Positions 10,003 to 19,521 of a stretch of 64,000 nt of DNA are shown piece after piece. The stretch comes from a virus: positions 32,001 to 96,000 of IMG/VR virus record IMGVR_UViG_3300047489_000453. One strand, 5' to 3'. Position numbers and translations under genes: made by a program. The notes below the pieces were generated by a model that saw only the letters and a list, made by a program, of their open reading frames with translations, made no database searches and had not been told where the DNA came from. Numbering within the stretch: position 1 is the stretch's first letter; every line of letters begins with the position of its first letter.

Positions 10003-11427
10003 CTATCTTCTGAACTTGGGTCTAATAGTTCTTACTGGGTAGGCCGCTTCTCTTTCCGGTCTCTTGTAAGACTCCATCTCTAACATCTGGCTTACATCAA
10101 ATGGATCAATAGCGGCAGTTCCGCCTTCTAGTCTTTTTCTAAGAAGGGGGCGCATAATAGCAGTGTTATGGATCGACTCAGGCATTATTTTGCCTATTTC
10201 ATTAAAATGAAAAGTAACATCTTCTGGATGATGAGACGATATGATTTCATCGTTTGTAAGAAGATCTGCTAATGCTGAGGTCGCCCTAATATTTTTAAGG
10301 GCCTGGTTTTGCATAAGCTGATCAACATCGAACTTATAATCGTCTGCATCTTTACCGGAATTGCTGTCTAGTTTAGAAGTCATACCTGTCAGGCCTTTAA
10401 AGGCACCGCCATATATCTTGTTAAGGCCTCTATTATACTTACTTTCACTACCAAACGTGTCAGTAAGTTCTGGATAAATTTTCCTATTTTCGGTGCCGTA
10501 TTCCCACCATGTTCGTTCTCGTGGTCGTCGTCTGGCTTCTTTATTAATTCCGTCTAATACGGACCCATTGCTATCAAGGTCAGGCAAAGAGTCTTTATAC
10601 CCCTCGGTAAGGGCAGATTTAGCCAATCCGTTTAAAAACTCTGATGAGGCTTTTTTATTTACATAAACATCAGCGGTTTCTATGCAGTTCTTAATTGATT
10701 TATATGGCTCTTCGTCAATGTTTACAGGAGCCATAATATCATTAACTGTGCCTGCTTGCTTTTTTAGATGCCTATTAGACGACTCAATAATATCAAGCAA
10801 GGACGAAGCTTTCTTTCCAAATAGCCTTTGGCTGTTATCTTTTACCACTAGAAATGGCTTAGATCCAAATGATCTAAAATAACTGGCAAGCTTGGATATG
10901 CCCTCCATTATCTTGTCTCTTTCCCTGGCAGACTCAGATCTCATCTTATCTGCCGCGCTTCCAAGCTTTTCTATTAATGAATTAATTGTTCTGATGTTAA
11001 CTTCGTCTGCTTGAATTTCTTTTTTGGCCGCTTCTTTTACCAATGGAGGTAAGTTAGGAAGAGTATGGCTTGCTGTTTTTTCTGGCGGCCTGCTGTACGC
11101 ATCTGATACAGATTTATCTTTTAAAGCCTCTGCAGCAGATTTGATTTTGGAAGGATACATGATATCCATAACGGTCTTTGGATCGGCTAGCTCAAATTCA
11201 GCTAGCTTTTCATGCGGCTCGGCGCCAGATTGCCTTTGGGCCTCGCTTCTTCCAACGTTAAAAGCCCTAACCATGAGCTCCACGTGGCCCACGGGAATTC
11301 CGTTTGCCGAAGCTGTTTTGGCTATTGCCTCATTAGGGTTTTCGCCAGAGTTTACAAGCTCGGCTACCTCACTTAATGAGTTGGTAATTTTAACTTCCGC
11401 TTCCTTGCTGAGCCTAGATGTTGCCAT
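10003..11427 (-). CDS. Hypothetical K-x-A-rich virion protein
   Basis: ORF 10003..11457; ATG at 11427 has GGAGG RBS; nine or more K-x-A motifs. Confidence 0.65.
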   Translation of the reverse strand: MATSRLSKEAEVKITNSLSEVAELVNSGENPNEAIAKTASANGIPVGHVELMVRAFNVGRSEAQRQSGAEPHEKLAEFELADPKTVMDIMYPSKIKSAAEALKDKSVSDAYSRPPEKTASHTLPNLPPLVKEAAKKEIQADEVNIRTINSLIEKLGSAADKMRSESARERDKIMEGISKLASYFRSFGSKPFLVVKDNSQRLFGKKASSLLDIIESSNRHLKKQAGTVNDIMAPVNIDEEPYKSIKNCIETADVYVNKKASSEFLNGLAKSALTEGYKDSLPDLDSNGSVLDGINKEARRRPRERTWWEYGTENRKIYPELTDTFGSESKYNRGLNKIYGGAFKGLTGMTSKLDSNSGKDADDYKFDVDQLMQNQALKNIRATSALADLLTNDEIISSHHPEDVTFHFNEIGKIMPESIHNTAIMRPLLRKRLEGGTAAIDPFDVSQMLEMESYKRPEREAAYPVRTIRPKFRR

Positions 11428-12352
11428 CGGCCTTGGCCTCCGGTAATTTAATGCCAACTAATTTATCCAAAACCTCTTCGTTTCCGTTAGCGATCATTAG
11501 TGCTTCGCTAGCTCTCGGTTCTGCGGCATTGCTGTCATTAGCAATCCAGTCAATCGCAGAGTTCTCTTTAACCTGAGATCCAGTAGTAACCACTGACGAT
11601 ATAGCGTCCATAAAGCTTCCAAGGATATTAGCGTTAGAAGCTTTTGAGCTAATAGAAGGCGCAGTGAGTGTAATCTCTTTATTTTTTTGATGTAACTGCA
11701 ATATCTGAACTTGGTTCCAGCTATTAGTGGAAACAATTTTAGAGCTTTGCAGTGCTTTTCTAAGCATGTTCACATCAATTTCCTTTTCGGCCCAGGCTAT
11801 GGCTTCGTCACTATCTTTAGAGTGTAGCAGCCAATCTAACTTTTCAGAGCCGTGAAAGTATCCGCATAGCTTCCAAATAATATCCAAATCTCTTTCAGTA
11901 GCACCTATAAACGCCGCCTTGCCCATGGCGTGGTGTACAATCCATGACGCATTGTCCAGTCTATCAGAAACATTAAAGAATAAACTCTCAAACCACTTTA
12001 TAACTTTCTTGGATAAAGACATATGCCTGCTTATGGTAGCTATATCTTCTCTGGCAAGAATGCGGGCCTCTAATTCCCATCTTGTTAATCTACCGTCTGG
12101 TTGGGAATAAATGGCGTAGGCGTCGGCAAGGCTCTGATTAAATATGCATTTTGTAACATATTCCCATGGGCTATCGACGTCATTCATTAGGTGAATAAAC
12201 TTCCAGGCTGCAGCAACCAGCTTATCTTCTGAAAACCTGTCTGGAGTTCTACCGGCTTCTATAATTGCTGAAGCGCGCCGCCAGCGCCAATCTACCGGCC
12301 TTAACGGGCTAGACTTCCTATAGTTACCAAGTTCAGCTACTACTACTTCCAT
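11414..12352 (-). CDS. Hypothetical protein
   Basis: ORF 11414..12391; ATG at 12352 overlaps upstream stop (TAATG). Confidence 0.65.
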   Translation of the reverse strand: MEVVVAELGNYRKSSPLRPVDWRWRRASAIIEAGRTPDRFSEDKLVAAAWKFIHLMNDVDSPWEYVTKCIFNQSLADAYAIYSQPDGRLTRWELEARILAREDIATISRHMSLSKKVIKWFESLFFNVSDRLDNASWIVHHAMGKAAFIGATERDLDIIWKLCGYFHGSEKLDWLLHSKDSDEAIAWAEKEIDVNMLRKALQSSKIVSTNSWNQVQILQLHQKNKEITLTAPSISSKASNANILGSFMDAISSVVTTGSQVKENSAIDWIANDSNAAEPRASEALMIANGNEEVLDKLVGIKLPEAKADGNI

Positions 12353-12783
12353 TAACCAACGTCGCTCCAGCCTGACAGAGTTATATCCCAAGTAGCTTCT
12401 CCGCTACCTTCTGGCGCAATAGATAGATAAATCTTTCTTTTTCTATCAGATAGCGGGCCGTCCTGATTCTTATAGGCTCGGCCGAACTCGTCTATAAGAG
12501 TTAAATACTCGCCTGCGGTGCCTGCAACACTATTAAAAACTTTATAGGATTCCGGGTCAGCCGAGTAATTGCCTTCTGTGTCAAGGCCGCCAGAAGACGA
12601 GGCTGCTAGAAAGGCCTTCTTAGAATTAAATACGTTTAGTGTAAAGTTTTGAAGGCTATCTCCGCCTACTTGCTTTACTACTATCTTTTTTATGAATCCT
12701 TCTGAAAAGAATCCAAGCTCTAAGTCGGTAGATTCTCCCAACCGGGCAGGAATACTTCTATAGGTTTTTTCATATATACGCAT
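12352..12783 (-). CDS. Hypothetical protein
   Basis: 143 aa beta-rich ORF in operon. Confidence 0.6.
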   Translation of the reverse strand: MRIYEKTYRSIPARLGESTDLELGFFSEGFIKKIVVKQVGGDSLQNFTLNVFNSKKAFLAASSSGGLDTEGNYSADPESYKVFNSVAGTAGEYLTLIDEFGRAYKNQDGPLSDRKRKIYLSIAPEGSGEATWDITLSGWSDVG

Positions 12784-12799
12784 GATTTACCCCTATTTG

Positions 12800-15178
12800 T
12801 TAGTCTGCTTCCAAGCTGATGCCTTCATCAGGATAGGCATCGATAGTTTTTTGTTTTAAGAACAACATAAGGTCGCCTAGCTGCTCAAATGAATTTCTTA
12901 GGCTGTCTTCTAGCTCTGGAAGGTCTTTCTTTCCGTATCTGTCTTCAAACTTGTCTTTATGCCAGTAGAAACTAAACAGTATACGGCCTATTTTATCAAG
13001 ACCTTTCATAAGATCGCCAAGATGATTATCTACCATCGAATCGTCTCTTACAGACTTTACTAAAGATCCGATCATAGAGGTATCAAATACATCTTTCTGG
13101 CCTGCTGTGGCCGCGTTGTATCCGATAGCCATAGTCTTAGGATCAGGAATTTTAGGGTCATACACCGCCGAGTTAGCCTGTAAAGACTGGCTGGACATGG
13201 CTGGAAGAGCTTGCTGCAGAGGATAAGTTGACTTAACGCTGCCAAGCAAGGTCTGCTCCATGCCAGTAGGTTCTACTGGGAATGCCGGGGAAGCGGTTCC
13301 GCCGATCATACTAGGATCGATATTGTCACCCGGCGCTGCTGACTTAATAAGGTCACCAGCATCCTCTTTGATCGGTTTATGTACTCTGTATTCGGCTACT
13401 TTATTAGCCTTAGCTTCGTCCAAAATAATCCTGGCTTGTTTTTCTGTTAACGATACGTCTCTGACTAGGTGAATTAGAGCGCTTTGAGGATCTAATACCC
13501 TGCCGTTAACGTTTACTTCTGACCCAGTATGTCTGACGTTCAAGGACGCTGTTTTTTGATAAATAGCGTGCTGAAGGTCTGTGAGACTTCCTGGAGTTAT
13601 AGAGCCGTTGCCGCAGCAATCATCGTCGTTAAGTTTAATTACCTTAAAATTACCTGGAATATAGAGTTCGCCCTTTATAGCTTTAATTCTTACTCCGGGC
13701 TTATCGGTAACGTAAAGCTTTTTGCCGCCGCCAATAACGCTAAGGTTATCCATATTAAAGTCGCCGTAGGACCCTTTTCGAATCACATGCGGCAAATAGC
13801 TAGGTTTTGACTGAGAAGCCCAGTCATAATACTTAACTCTAAAATTGTTTGTTCCGTCAGAGTTTCCTTCGACTTTTAGAACTTCAAAAGGCACTGAGGC
13901 ATCGCCGCTTTCGCTTACTGCCATGTATACGTTGCCTTTGGTCATAGATTTGATTTCAGACAGGCCTTCAAAGAACTTTTCATAGCTTTGGCCGCTAGTC
14001 TTACTCTCTGGAGCATCTTGCCCCTTATCCCTTGGAGGACGGGTAAAAAGGTTACCTGGGTGACTGTTTATCCAGTTCTTTTCGCCTTCGTAGCTTACAA
14101 CAGTGGCAAATTCCTGTCTGCCTGTTGGGCCGTGCGGCATTAGGAATATTACTGTTTTGAGCATAGAGAAAGGCGAAATAAGAAGATCGTATACGCCAGT
14201 AGTTGGAGGGTTTTCAAGGCTGGTAGGCGCCTGAACTCTATAAGCTATAGCGGTGTCGTCTTTTGTTCTAGCGTCTTGAAAAATTACTCCATCAGTCAAA
14301 AGCTTTTGCTTATCAGCTTCTGGAGAGTCCATTACGCCGTCTGAGGAGGCCGAAAAACTTCTTACTACGATCGTAAGGGCTTTCTTTTCTACATGGCCTA
14401 CAGATGCTGCGCCGTCTAATACGCCTGGGTTCTTAAGTGACTTAAACGTATCTACCGCTTTCTTAAGGAAGTCTTTTCCATAGAACTTATCAATAGCCTC
14501 TGCAATTTTAGGAAACTGCTGGCATGTTTCGATAAGGGCGGTTACCGCTTTTTTATAGCCTTCTTTGCCTCTATTAGCCTCTTTCTTAAAGAAAGAATCT
14601 AAAGTAGTAAGGTTTTTATACTTGGCGTCGTGTTCAGGGTTAGAGCAGGCGTGTTTTGCAAGCTGCCTAAGGCCTTCTCTCATTTCTTTTAAATCGTCAT
14701 TAACAGACGCAAACTTGGCCGGAGGACGGCTAAATGCCTGGAGATCTGGGGAAAGAAATCCAAGTCGAGCCATATTCTGATCGGTTTTCTTGCCTAGGCT
14801 GGCTGGTTTTCTTCGCAGAATATAATTGAGCCAGTTTTCTTTGAGGGGGACAAACTGATCTTGGTCTTTAAGATATAAAAGCTCATGGCCTTTAAGGTCA
14901 CCATTAGAAAAGAAGACAGGAGCATACAGCCACTGTGATCCTACCTTAAACCCAAATATGCCTACAGCCTTGGTGTTATCTTCGTTTCTTTCGAGAAGTT
15001 CAAATCCAACTTCGTAATCTAAAAGGCCTGGCGCTTTATCTTTTAGATAAGCGTGAGCCAGATTGCTAAACGATTGTTCAAATTGCGTATCATTACCTAA
15101 ATCACTTCCGCCCGCTTTTTTTACGAATCCATTAATTGGAGGAAGCTCTACTAAAAACTTATCAGTGTTCTGGCTCAT
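12800..15178 (-). CDS. Large hypothetical morphogenesis-region protein
   Basis: 792 aa; globular N- and C-terminal parts separated by K-x-A motifs (VKKAG, AKFAS, EKKAL, QKTAS, IKSAA). Confidence 0.7.
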   Translation of the reverse strand: MSQNTDKFLVELPPINGFVKKAGGSDLGNDTQFEQSFSNLAHAYLKDKAPGLLDYEVGFELLERNEDNTKAVGIFGFKVGSQWLYAPVFFSNGDLKGHELLYLKDQDQFVPLKENWLNYILRRKPASLGKKTDQNMARLGFLSPDLQAFSRPPAKFASVNDDLKEMREGLRQLAKHACSNPEHDAKYKNLTTLDSFFKKEANRGKEGYKKAVTALIETCQQFPKIAEAIDKFYGKDFLKKAVDTFKSLKNPGVLDGAASVGHVEKKALTIVVRSFSASSDGVMDSPEADKQKLLTDGVIFQDARTKDDTAIAYRVQAPTSLENPPTTGVYDLLISPFSMLKTVIFLMPHGPTGRQEFATVVSYEGEKNWINSHPGNLFTRPPRDKGQDAPESKTSGQSYEKFFEGLSEIKSMTKGNVYMAVSESGDASVPFEVLKVEGNSDGTNNFRVKYYDWASQSKPSYLPHVIRKGSYGDFNMDNLSVIGGGKKLYVTDKPGVRIKAIKGELYIPGNFKVIKLNDDDCCGNGSITPGSLTDLQHAIYQKTASLNVRHTGSEVNVNGRVLDPQSALIHLVRDVSLTEKQARIILDEAKANKVAEYRVHKPIKEDAGDLIKSAAPGDNIDPSMIGGTASPAFPVEPTGMEQTLLGSVKSTYPLQQALPAMSSQSLQANSAVYDPKIPDPKTMAIGYNAATAGQKDVFDTSMIGSLVKSVRDDSMVDNHLGDLMKGLDKIGRILFSFYWHKDKFEDRYGKKDLPELEDSLRNSFEQLGDLMLFLKQKTIDAYPDEGISLEAD

Positions 15179-15260
15179 ATTCGCAACCTTCCGTGGTTTG
15201 GAAAATGTTATAGAGCTATTATGCTCTTAATTTTTCAATTGCGCAACGATTACGGCGACT

Positions 15261-15680
15261 TTAAGAGTCATAATCCGTAATATTTACATTTAGCAGGCTT
15301 CTAGCCGCTACTCCGCTCTTTATAAAATTTAGGAAGTTTTGAAGATTCCTAATTTCAGCCATCTTAGCATAATTAGTTTGTGAATTAATAGTGGAGACAT
15401 CTCCACGATTAATTTGTTGTACAGGAGAAGGAGGCTGAATGACTGGCTGGGGATTATTAGATTGGGTCGTCACTATAGGCTGACTCTGTACTCTAGGCTG
15501 TATATTAGGGCTAGTATCTACTGACTTTACAGCCACTTCAGAAGGCGGCTTACCCTTAGTGGCCTCGTTTACTTGCAAAGGTTTTAGTGTTTCTTTTTCT
15601 GTTTTAGACTGGGACCCTTCAAGTTTTAAAGACTTGTCGGCCTGCTTCCAGGTAGCCCACTTTTCTAAAAAGGTTTGCAT
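15261..15680 (-). CDS. Hypothetical Pro/Gln-rich protein
   Basis: 139 aa, start overlaps the stop of the beta' C-half gene; EKWAT/WKQAD leader. Confidence 0.55.
   Translation of the reverse strand: MQTFLEKWATWKQADKSLKLEGSQSKTEKETLKPLQVNEATKGKPPSEVAVKSVDTSPNIQPRVQSQPIVTTQSNNPQPVIQPPSPVQQINRGDVSTINSQTNYAKMAEIRNLQNFLNFIKSGVAARSLLNVNITDYDS
15391..15406. repeat. Dispersed 16-bp palindrome copy
   Basis: GTGGAGACATCTCCAC, 1 mismatch, inside CDS. Confidence 0.75.
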
Positions 15681-17590
15681 TATAGTACGCCCTTGCTCTG
15701 TTCAGGCACTTTGCCAAGCTCATTAACGTCAAATCCTTTTACCTTACCTTTACGACCAAAATCAACAGCTTTTGCCAATGATGGCACATATGATGTGCCA
15801 GCTTCGTCGCTTATGGCGCCTCTATGCACAGCTTGTAAGGTAGATTTTCTTAGATTGCTCCCCAGCATTCTAGTCATCCAGTCAGGGTCATGCTGAAGAT
15901 TTTCTAGACCTCTGACAAAATGGGGCTCAAACGGTGGAGGTTCTTTGTGGACTGTAATATCTTTTATGCCAAATTTTTCAAACTCTCTAACCATAGACGG
16001 CCTTATAGGCGTGCCTATCGTATAGTGAAGAACAGGTTTTTCCAAATAGCTTCCTACTCCTTGATTAGGCTTAACCGTTCTACTGTCTTGTCTAGGCTCC
16101 CATACGCTTTCAACTGAGTCATAAGGTATGACGTCGTCAGGGTTAAACTGATTATATTCGTCATTCATGATGACATGGTTGATAAGGCCTTTGGACATTA
16201 CCTCTATATTTCTGCGATGGCCGTACATGCCGGCCTCTTTCATTGCAGTCCTAAAAGAATTAACGAATTGGCGACGGCCCTCGCCTATTCCCCTAAACTT
16301 AGTAAATTGAGCAGGGTTGGGAATACCAGAGGATATGACATCTCCGGCTTCTACAGTATCGCCTACCTTTACTGAAGCGGAAGCCTCAGGGCTGACGTAA
16401 TGTTCTACGCCGTCTATAGTTACAAATACACCACCAGTAGGCGCAGGTTTAATATTTGATACTCTACCGTCCTTTTGTGCATGAGTAGCCCAGAATGGAG
16501 ACTGCTTAGGGATTTGCACTAATTGATTGAGGTGCCTAAAACCAGACACAGACGCGGACGCTCCTGCGATACCGCCAGTGTGTTTAGAGTTTAGCTGCCC
16601 TTGAGAAATGGGCTCTGATAAAGCCTGCATAGCAGCAATTCCAACAGCATCTCCTATAGGTGCAAGACCTGATCTTTCTCTAATTCCTAGGTCCCTTGCA
16701 TATAGCCCTCCACCGGCAGCTCCCGACGCTATTGGGCTCCTGATGACTATTCTGTCTATGTTCTTTGATTTTAAATCTTTAAGAACTCTAGGCGTGAGCA
16801 CAGTGTTTCTTCCGTAACCTCCGGCAGGCATTCCTAATAGTGCGCCTTCGTTTTCCTCGTCATCCGTGTCTACCGGCATCCCCCTGTTCTCTATTGATTT
16901 AGGGTCGTCAGCATCTTCGCCAGTAACTATCATCCTGTGGCCGATTTGATTTAATTGCTTGGAAAAGAAGCCTGCGTCCATAACTGAGAACTTGGTATCT
17001 GTGATACCTTTTCGTGTACCAAAGCTCCCTGCGAAGTATTCAGACGGAGTTAGTCCTTTTGAATAAGAGTTAAATACTGGTATTGGTATTTCTCTATCGT
17101 GATGATCGGTATATAAAATGTCGCCGCCTCTAAGGCTTTTGAGGTTTTTAGGCTTACCTCTGGACCCGGACTGAATTTGCCTAGCTAACTGATTTCCTTC
17201 AGCGCTAGCTTCATCAAATATACCTTTTTCTAGATCTTTTTGAGAATTAGCTAAGATAGCTACAATTTGTTTATTCTTATCGTCATCAGTGAGCTGTCTA
17301 TTTGAAATAATTGAGTCTATAGCTGCTTTAAGTTTTAGTTTTCTGTCGTGATAAAATTTTGATTCCCTAAGATCGCTAAGACCAAAAGAGAAGCCACCAG
17401 AGTTATATGACACGTCTCTACCGACGTCCATAAGCCCTTTGGCTATCTGTCTGTATTTGTCTGGGTGATTTTCTGCTACCGTCTGAAGAATACCTTGAAC
17501 TGCTTTGGTATCTAGAACTCTAGAGTAGTCCTTAAGCTCGTCAGGAAGCGCGTCATTAACCATGATTTGACCTATAGTGGTCTTTAACAT
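15680..17590 (-). CDS. rpoC: DNA-directed RNA polymerase beta' subunit, C-terminal half
   Basis: TTIGQ, SGSRG, bridge helix GLTPSEYF..GTRKGITDT...AGFFSKQL, trigger loop VGIAAMQALSEPISQGQLNSKHTGG, HRRNIEV. Confidence 0.92.
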   Translation of the reverse strand: MLKTTIGQIMVNDALPDELKDYSRVLDTKAVQGILQTVAENHPDKYRQIAKGLMDVGRDVSYNSGGFSFGLSDLRESKFYHDRKLKLKAAIDSIISNRQLTDDDKNKQIVAILANSQKDLEKGIFDEASAEGNQLARQIQSGSRGKPKNLKSLRGGDILYTDHHDREIPIPVFNSYSKGLTPSEYFAGSFGTRKGITDTKFSVMDAGFFSKQLNQIGHRMIVTGEDADDPKSIENRGMPVDTDDEENEGALLGMPAGGYGRNTVLTPRVLKDLKSKNIDRIVIRSPIASGAAGGGLYARDLGIRERSGLAPIGDAVGIAAMQALSEPISQGQLNSKHTGGIAGASASVSGFRHLNQLVQIPKQSPFWATHAQKDGRVSNIKPAPTGGVFVTIDGVEHYVSPEASASVKVGDTVEAGDVISSGIPNPAQFTKFRGIGEGRRQFVNSFRTAMKEAGMYGHRRNIEVMSKGLINHVIMNDEYNQFNPDDVIPYDSVESVWEPRQDSRTVKPNQGVGSYLEKPVLHYTIGTPIRPSMVREFEKFGIKDITVHKEPPPFEPHFVRGLENLQHDPDWMTRMLGSNLRKSTLQAVHRGAISDEAGTSYVPSLAKAVDFGRKGKVKGFDVNELGKVPEQSKGVL

Positions 17591-17599
17591 GGTACTCTC

Positions 17600-17812
17600 C
17601 TATAAATTAATCTTCCTGATAACTGGTTTATCCAGCCCGTGATCTTCTAGAACTTTTAAAAAATCATCATCGCCTGCAGTGGCGCAGACGATGATGTTTT
17701 TATCATTCTCAATAAAAACAGCTATAGGATTATTCATATTGTCGTAAACCACCAGCCTGGTAGCGGGCGACAGCCTATGATTTAAAAGATTATTATGATA
17801 ATCCAATAACAT
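17600..17812 (-). CDS. Hypothetical protein
   Basis: 70 aa, start overlaps upstream stop. Confidence 0.5.
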   Translation of the reverse strand: MLLDYHNNLLNHRLSPATRLVVYDNMNNPIAVFIENDKNIIVCATAGDDDFLKVLEDHGLDKPVIRKINL

Positions 17813-18456
17813 TATTTTTTCTTTCTAAGCAAGTACATCATTCCAGCGGCTTTCTCAGCTACAGAGATTTTAGCCGACTTAATTGGAGAGGTGTCTTGCG
17901 AAGAAGCGCTCGTAGCATCTTCACCATCTTTAGCTGGCGACGATACGTCATCTAGAATGTCATGAGGAAGGTTAAGCCCTAACGATGAATACAGGTGTGT
18001 CAAAAGCTTCTGTATTCTATGCATGTACAGCTCAACTTGCCCATTATCGTTTTTCTTTGAGGCTTTACCGGTGCCTTTGGCCCCGGCTAAAGCTTTTTGA
18101 AGCTCTTCCTGTACCACAGTTCTAATTTGCTCAGTAGGATCAGCTGGAGGGGATGCTCCGGCCGCAGCTGGATCCATAGGAGGCGCTCCGCCCATCATAG
18201 CTGGGTCCATAGGAGGCGCTCCGCCCATCATGGAGGGGTCCATAGGAGGTGCGCCGCCTGGAGGCATGCCGCCCATCATGGAGGGGTCCATAGGGGCTCC
18301 ACCTGGAGGCATGCCCCCCATCATAGATGGATCCATAGGAGGCGCTCCGCCCGGAGGCATACCGCCCATAGCTGCTGGGTCGCCGCCTTGGGTAGGAACA
18401 AAAGCACTTTTAATGCTATTTTTTGCTGATTGAAGCAGGAATCTATTAACTGCCAT
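17812..18456 (-). CDS. Pro/Met/Gly repeat protein
   Basis: 214 aa; GGAG RBS; IKSAF leader then (GGAPPMDPSMMGGMPP)n repeats. Confidence 0.7.
   Translation of the reverse strand: MAVNRFLLQSAKNSIKSAFVPTQGGDPAAMGGMPPGGAPPMDPSMMGGMPPGGAPMDPSMMGGMPPGGAPPMDPSMMGGAPPMDPAMMGGAPPMDPAAAGASPPADPTEQIRTVVQEELQKALAGAKGTGKASKKNDNGQVELYMHRIQKLLTHLYSSLGLNLPHDILDDVSSPAKDGEDATSASSQDTSPIKSAKISVAEKAAGMMYLLRKKK
18170..18390. repeat. Coding imperfect tandem repeat
   Basis: Repeated GGGTCCATAGGAGGCGCTCCGCCC(ATCAT) units encoding GGAPPMDP. Confidence 0.8.
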
Positions 18457-18500
18457 TGTATTTTATCTCCGTTTTAAGCCCCAGTATATGCATCGCGTGT

Positions 18501-19397
18501 TTATATTTTTCCAGAATCGTCAGTATGCATTTTGTCGAATAGTATTGGGCTATCTCCAATATTATCAGAAGTATGACTAAAGTCAGGTTGCACAAGTTGT
18601 TTATATGGATCGTGCAATCCAGTAGAACCTGGAAACTTACCAGTATAAGGATTAGGCCTTACAGGTATAAGAGGAGCAGAGTTTTTAGCTGCTTCTCTTT
18701 CTGCTAACATTTTGCCTAAAATAGAGCTTAAACTTCCAGCTCCTGCACCTATTACACCGCCGCCCAGCGCGCCTGTTGCAAATCTGTTTAACATCCCTTT
18801 TCTTTTGCTGCCTAAAGCTAAGTTTCCTACGCCGCCTACACCGGCTCCAATTAGAGAACCCATAATAGCTTTTTGAACTCTTGGGTCTAATTGTCCATAA
18901 GCCGACATAATATCAGATACCGCAGCACTTTTATTAAAGGCTCTGAGAACATGATTAGCGTTATTAAAGCCTGATTCTTTTATGCTCATTTCTTCAACTC
19001 CTAAAGTATCTGCGCTTCCGCATTTCCATTTTCTTAAAGACTTGTTAATCCTGCTGTCCGGGTCATTAGCCGTCTCAGATGAAGTAAGTTTTGACTTCAT
19101 GCCTTTCATTCTGGCGCAGAAGCTATCTTTGCGCGCCCCGCCTTCCGGCTGAGGCCTCTTTATATCATGCCCTTGCGCCTTTAAGCTAGCCCTGCCTTTT
19201 TCGTTTAATCCGCCTTCTGGATTCTTACCTTCGGCTTTTTGCCAGGCGGCTGTGCCTTTTTTCTCTGATATTGATGTTACTTTCTTCCAGTTTTTTGCAT
19301 CTGGATAGTCTTTATCGCCTGGCTTGGCTGGAGCCTCGCCTCTCTCTTTTTTAGCGTGAATATTAGCCCACAACCCCGGCTTAGACTTATCTGCCAT
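18501..19397 (-). CDS. Mosaic protein: small basic phage domains (DUF6321-like) plus glycine-zipper segments
   Basis: AWQKAEGKNPEGGLNEKGRAS...SFCARMKG...DPDSRINKSLRKWKC recalled as a widespread phage domain; after NKSAA, GSLIGAGVGGVG and GALGGGVIGAGAG. Confidence 0.6.
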   Translation of the reverse strand: MADKSKPGLWANIHAKKERGEAPAKPGDKDYPDAKNWKKVTSISEKKGTAAWQKAEGKNPEGGLNEKGRASLKAQGHDIKRPQPEGGARKDSFCARMKGMKSKLTSSETANDPDSRINKSLRKWKCGSADTLGVEEMSIKESGFNNANHVLRAFNKSAAVSDIMSAYGQLDPRVQKAIMGSLIGAGVGGVGNLALGSKRKGMLNRFATGALGGGVIGAGAGSLSSILGKMLAEREAAKNSAPLIPVRPNPYTGKFPGSTGLHDPYKQLVQPDFSHTSDNIGDSPILFDKMHTDDSGKI

Positions 19398-19415
19398 TTT
19401 TAACTCCTTTTAAAA

Positions 19416-19510
19416 CCAGTTAAAAGCCTTCATCTACTCTGTCGCACTTCCGCTTCGAGTGATGATTAGTCCCAGGAAAGTGCTAAAACGGGCCCTAGGC
19501 TTTCAACTGG
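19416..19510 (-). other. Structured intergenic RNA element candidate
   Basis: 14-bp closing stem CCAGTTGAAAGCCT/AGGCTTTTAACTGG (G-U pair only on minus strand) enclosing an 8-bp stem GCACTTTC/GGAAGTGC. Confidence 0.4.
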
Positions 19511-19521
19511 ATCTATAGATA

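Noticed and set aside
12800-15178. Portal or terminase assignment
   Set aside because: No Walker/nuclease motifs or recognisable portal features. Those genes are probably outside the window.
19416-19510. FMN riboswitch or hammerhead ribozyme
   Set aside because: Only fragments match (AGGGC, CGACAG, GATG). It is too short for the FMN fold and has no CTGATGA core. Kept only as an unassigned structure.
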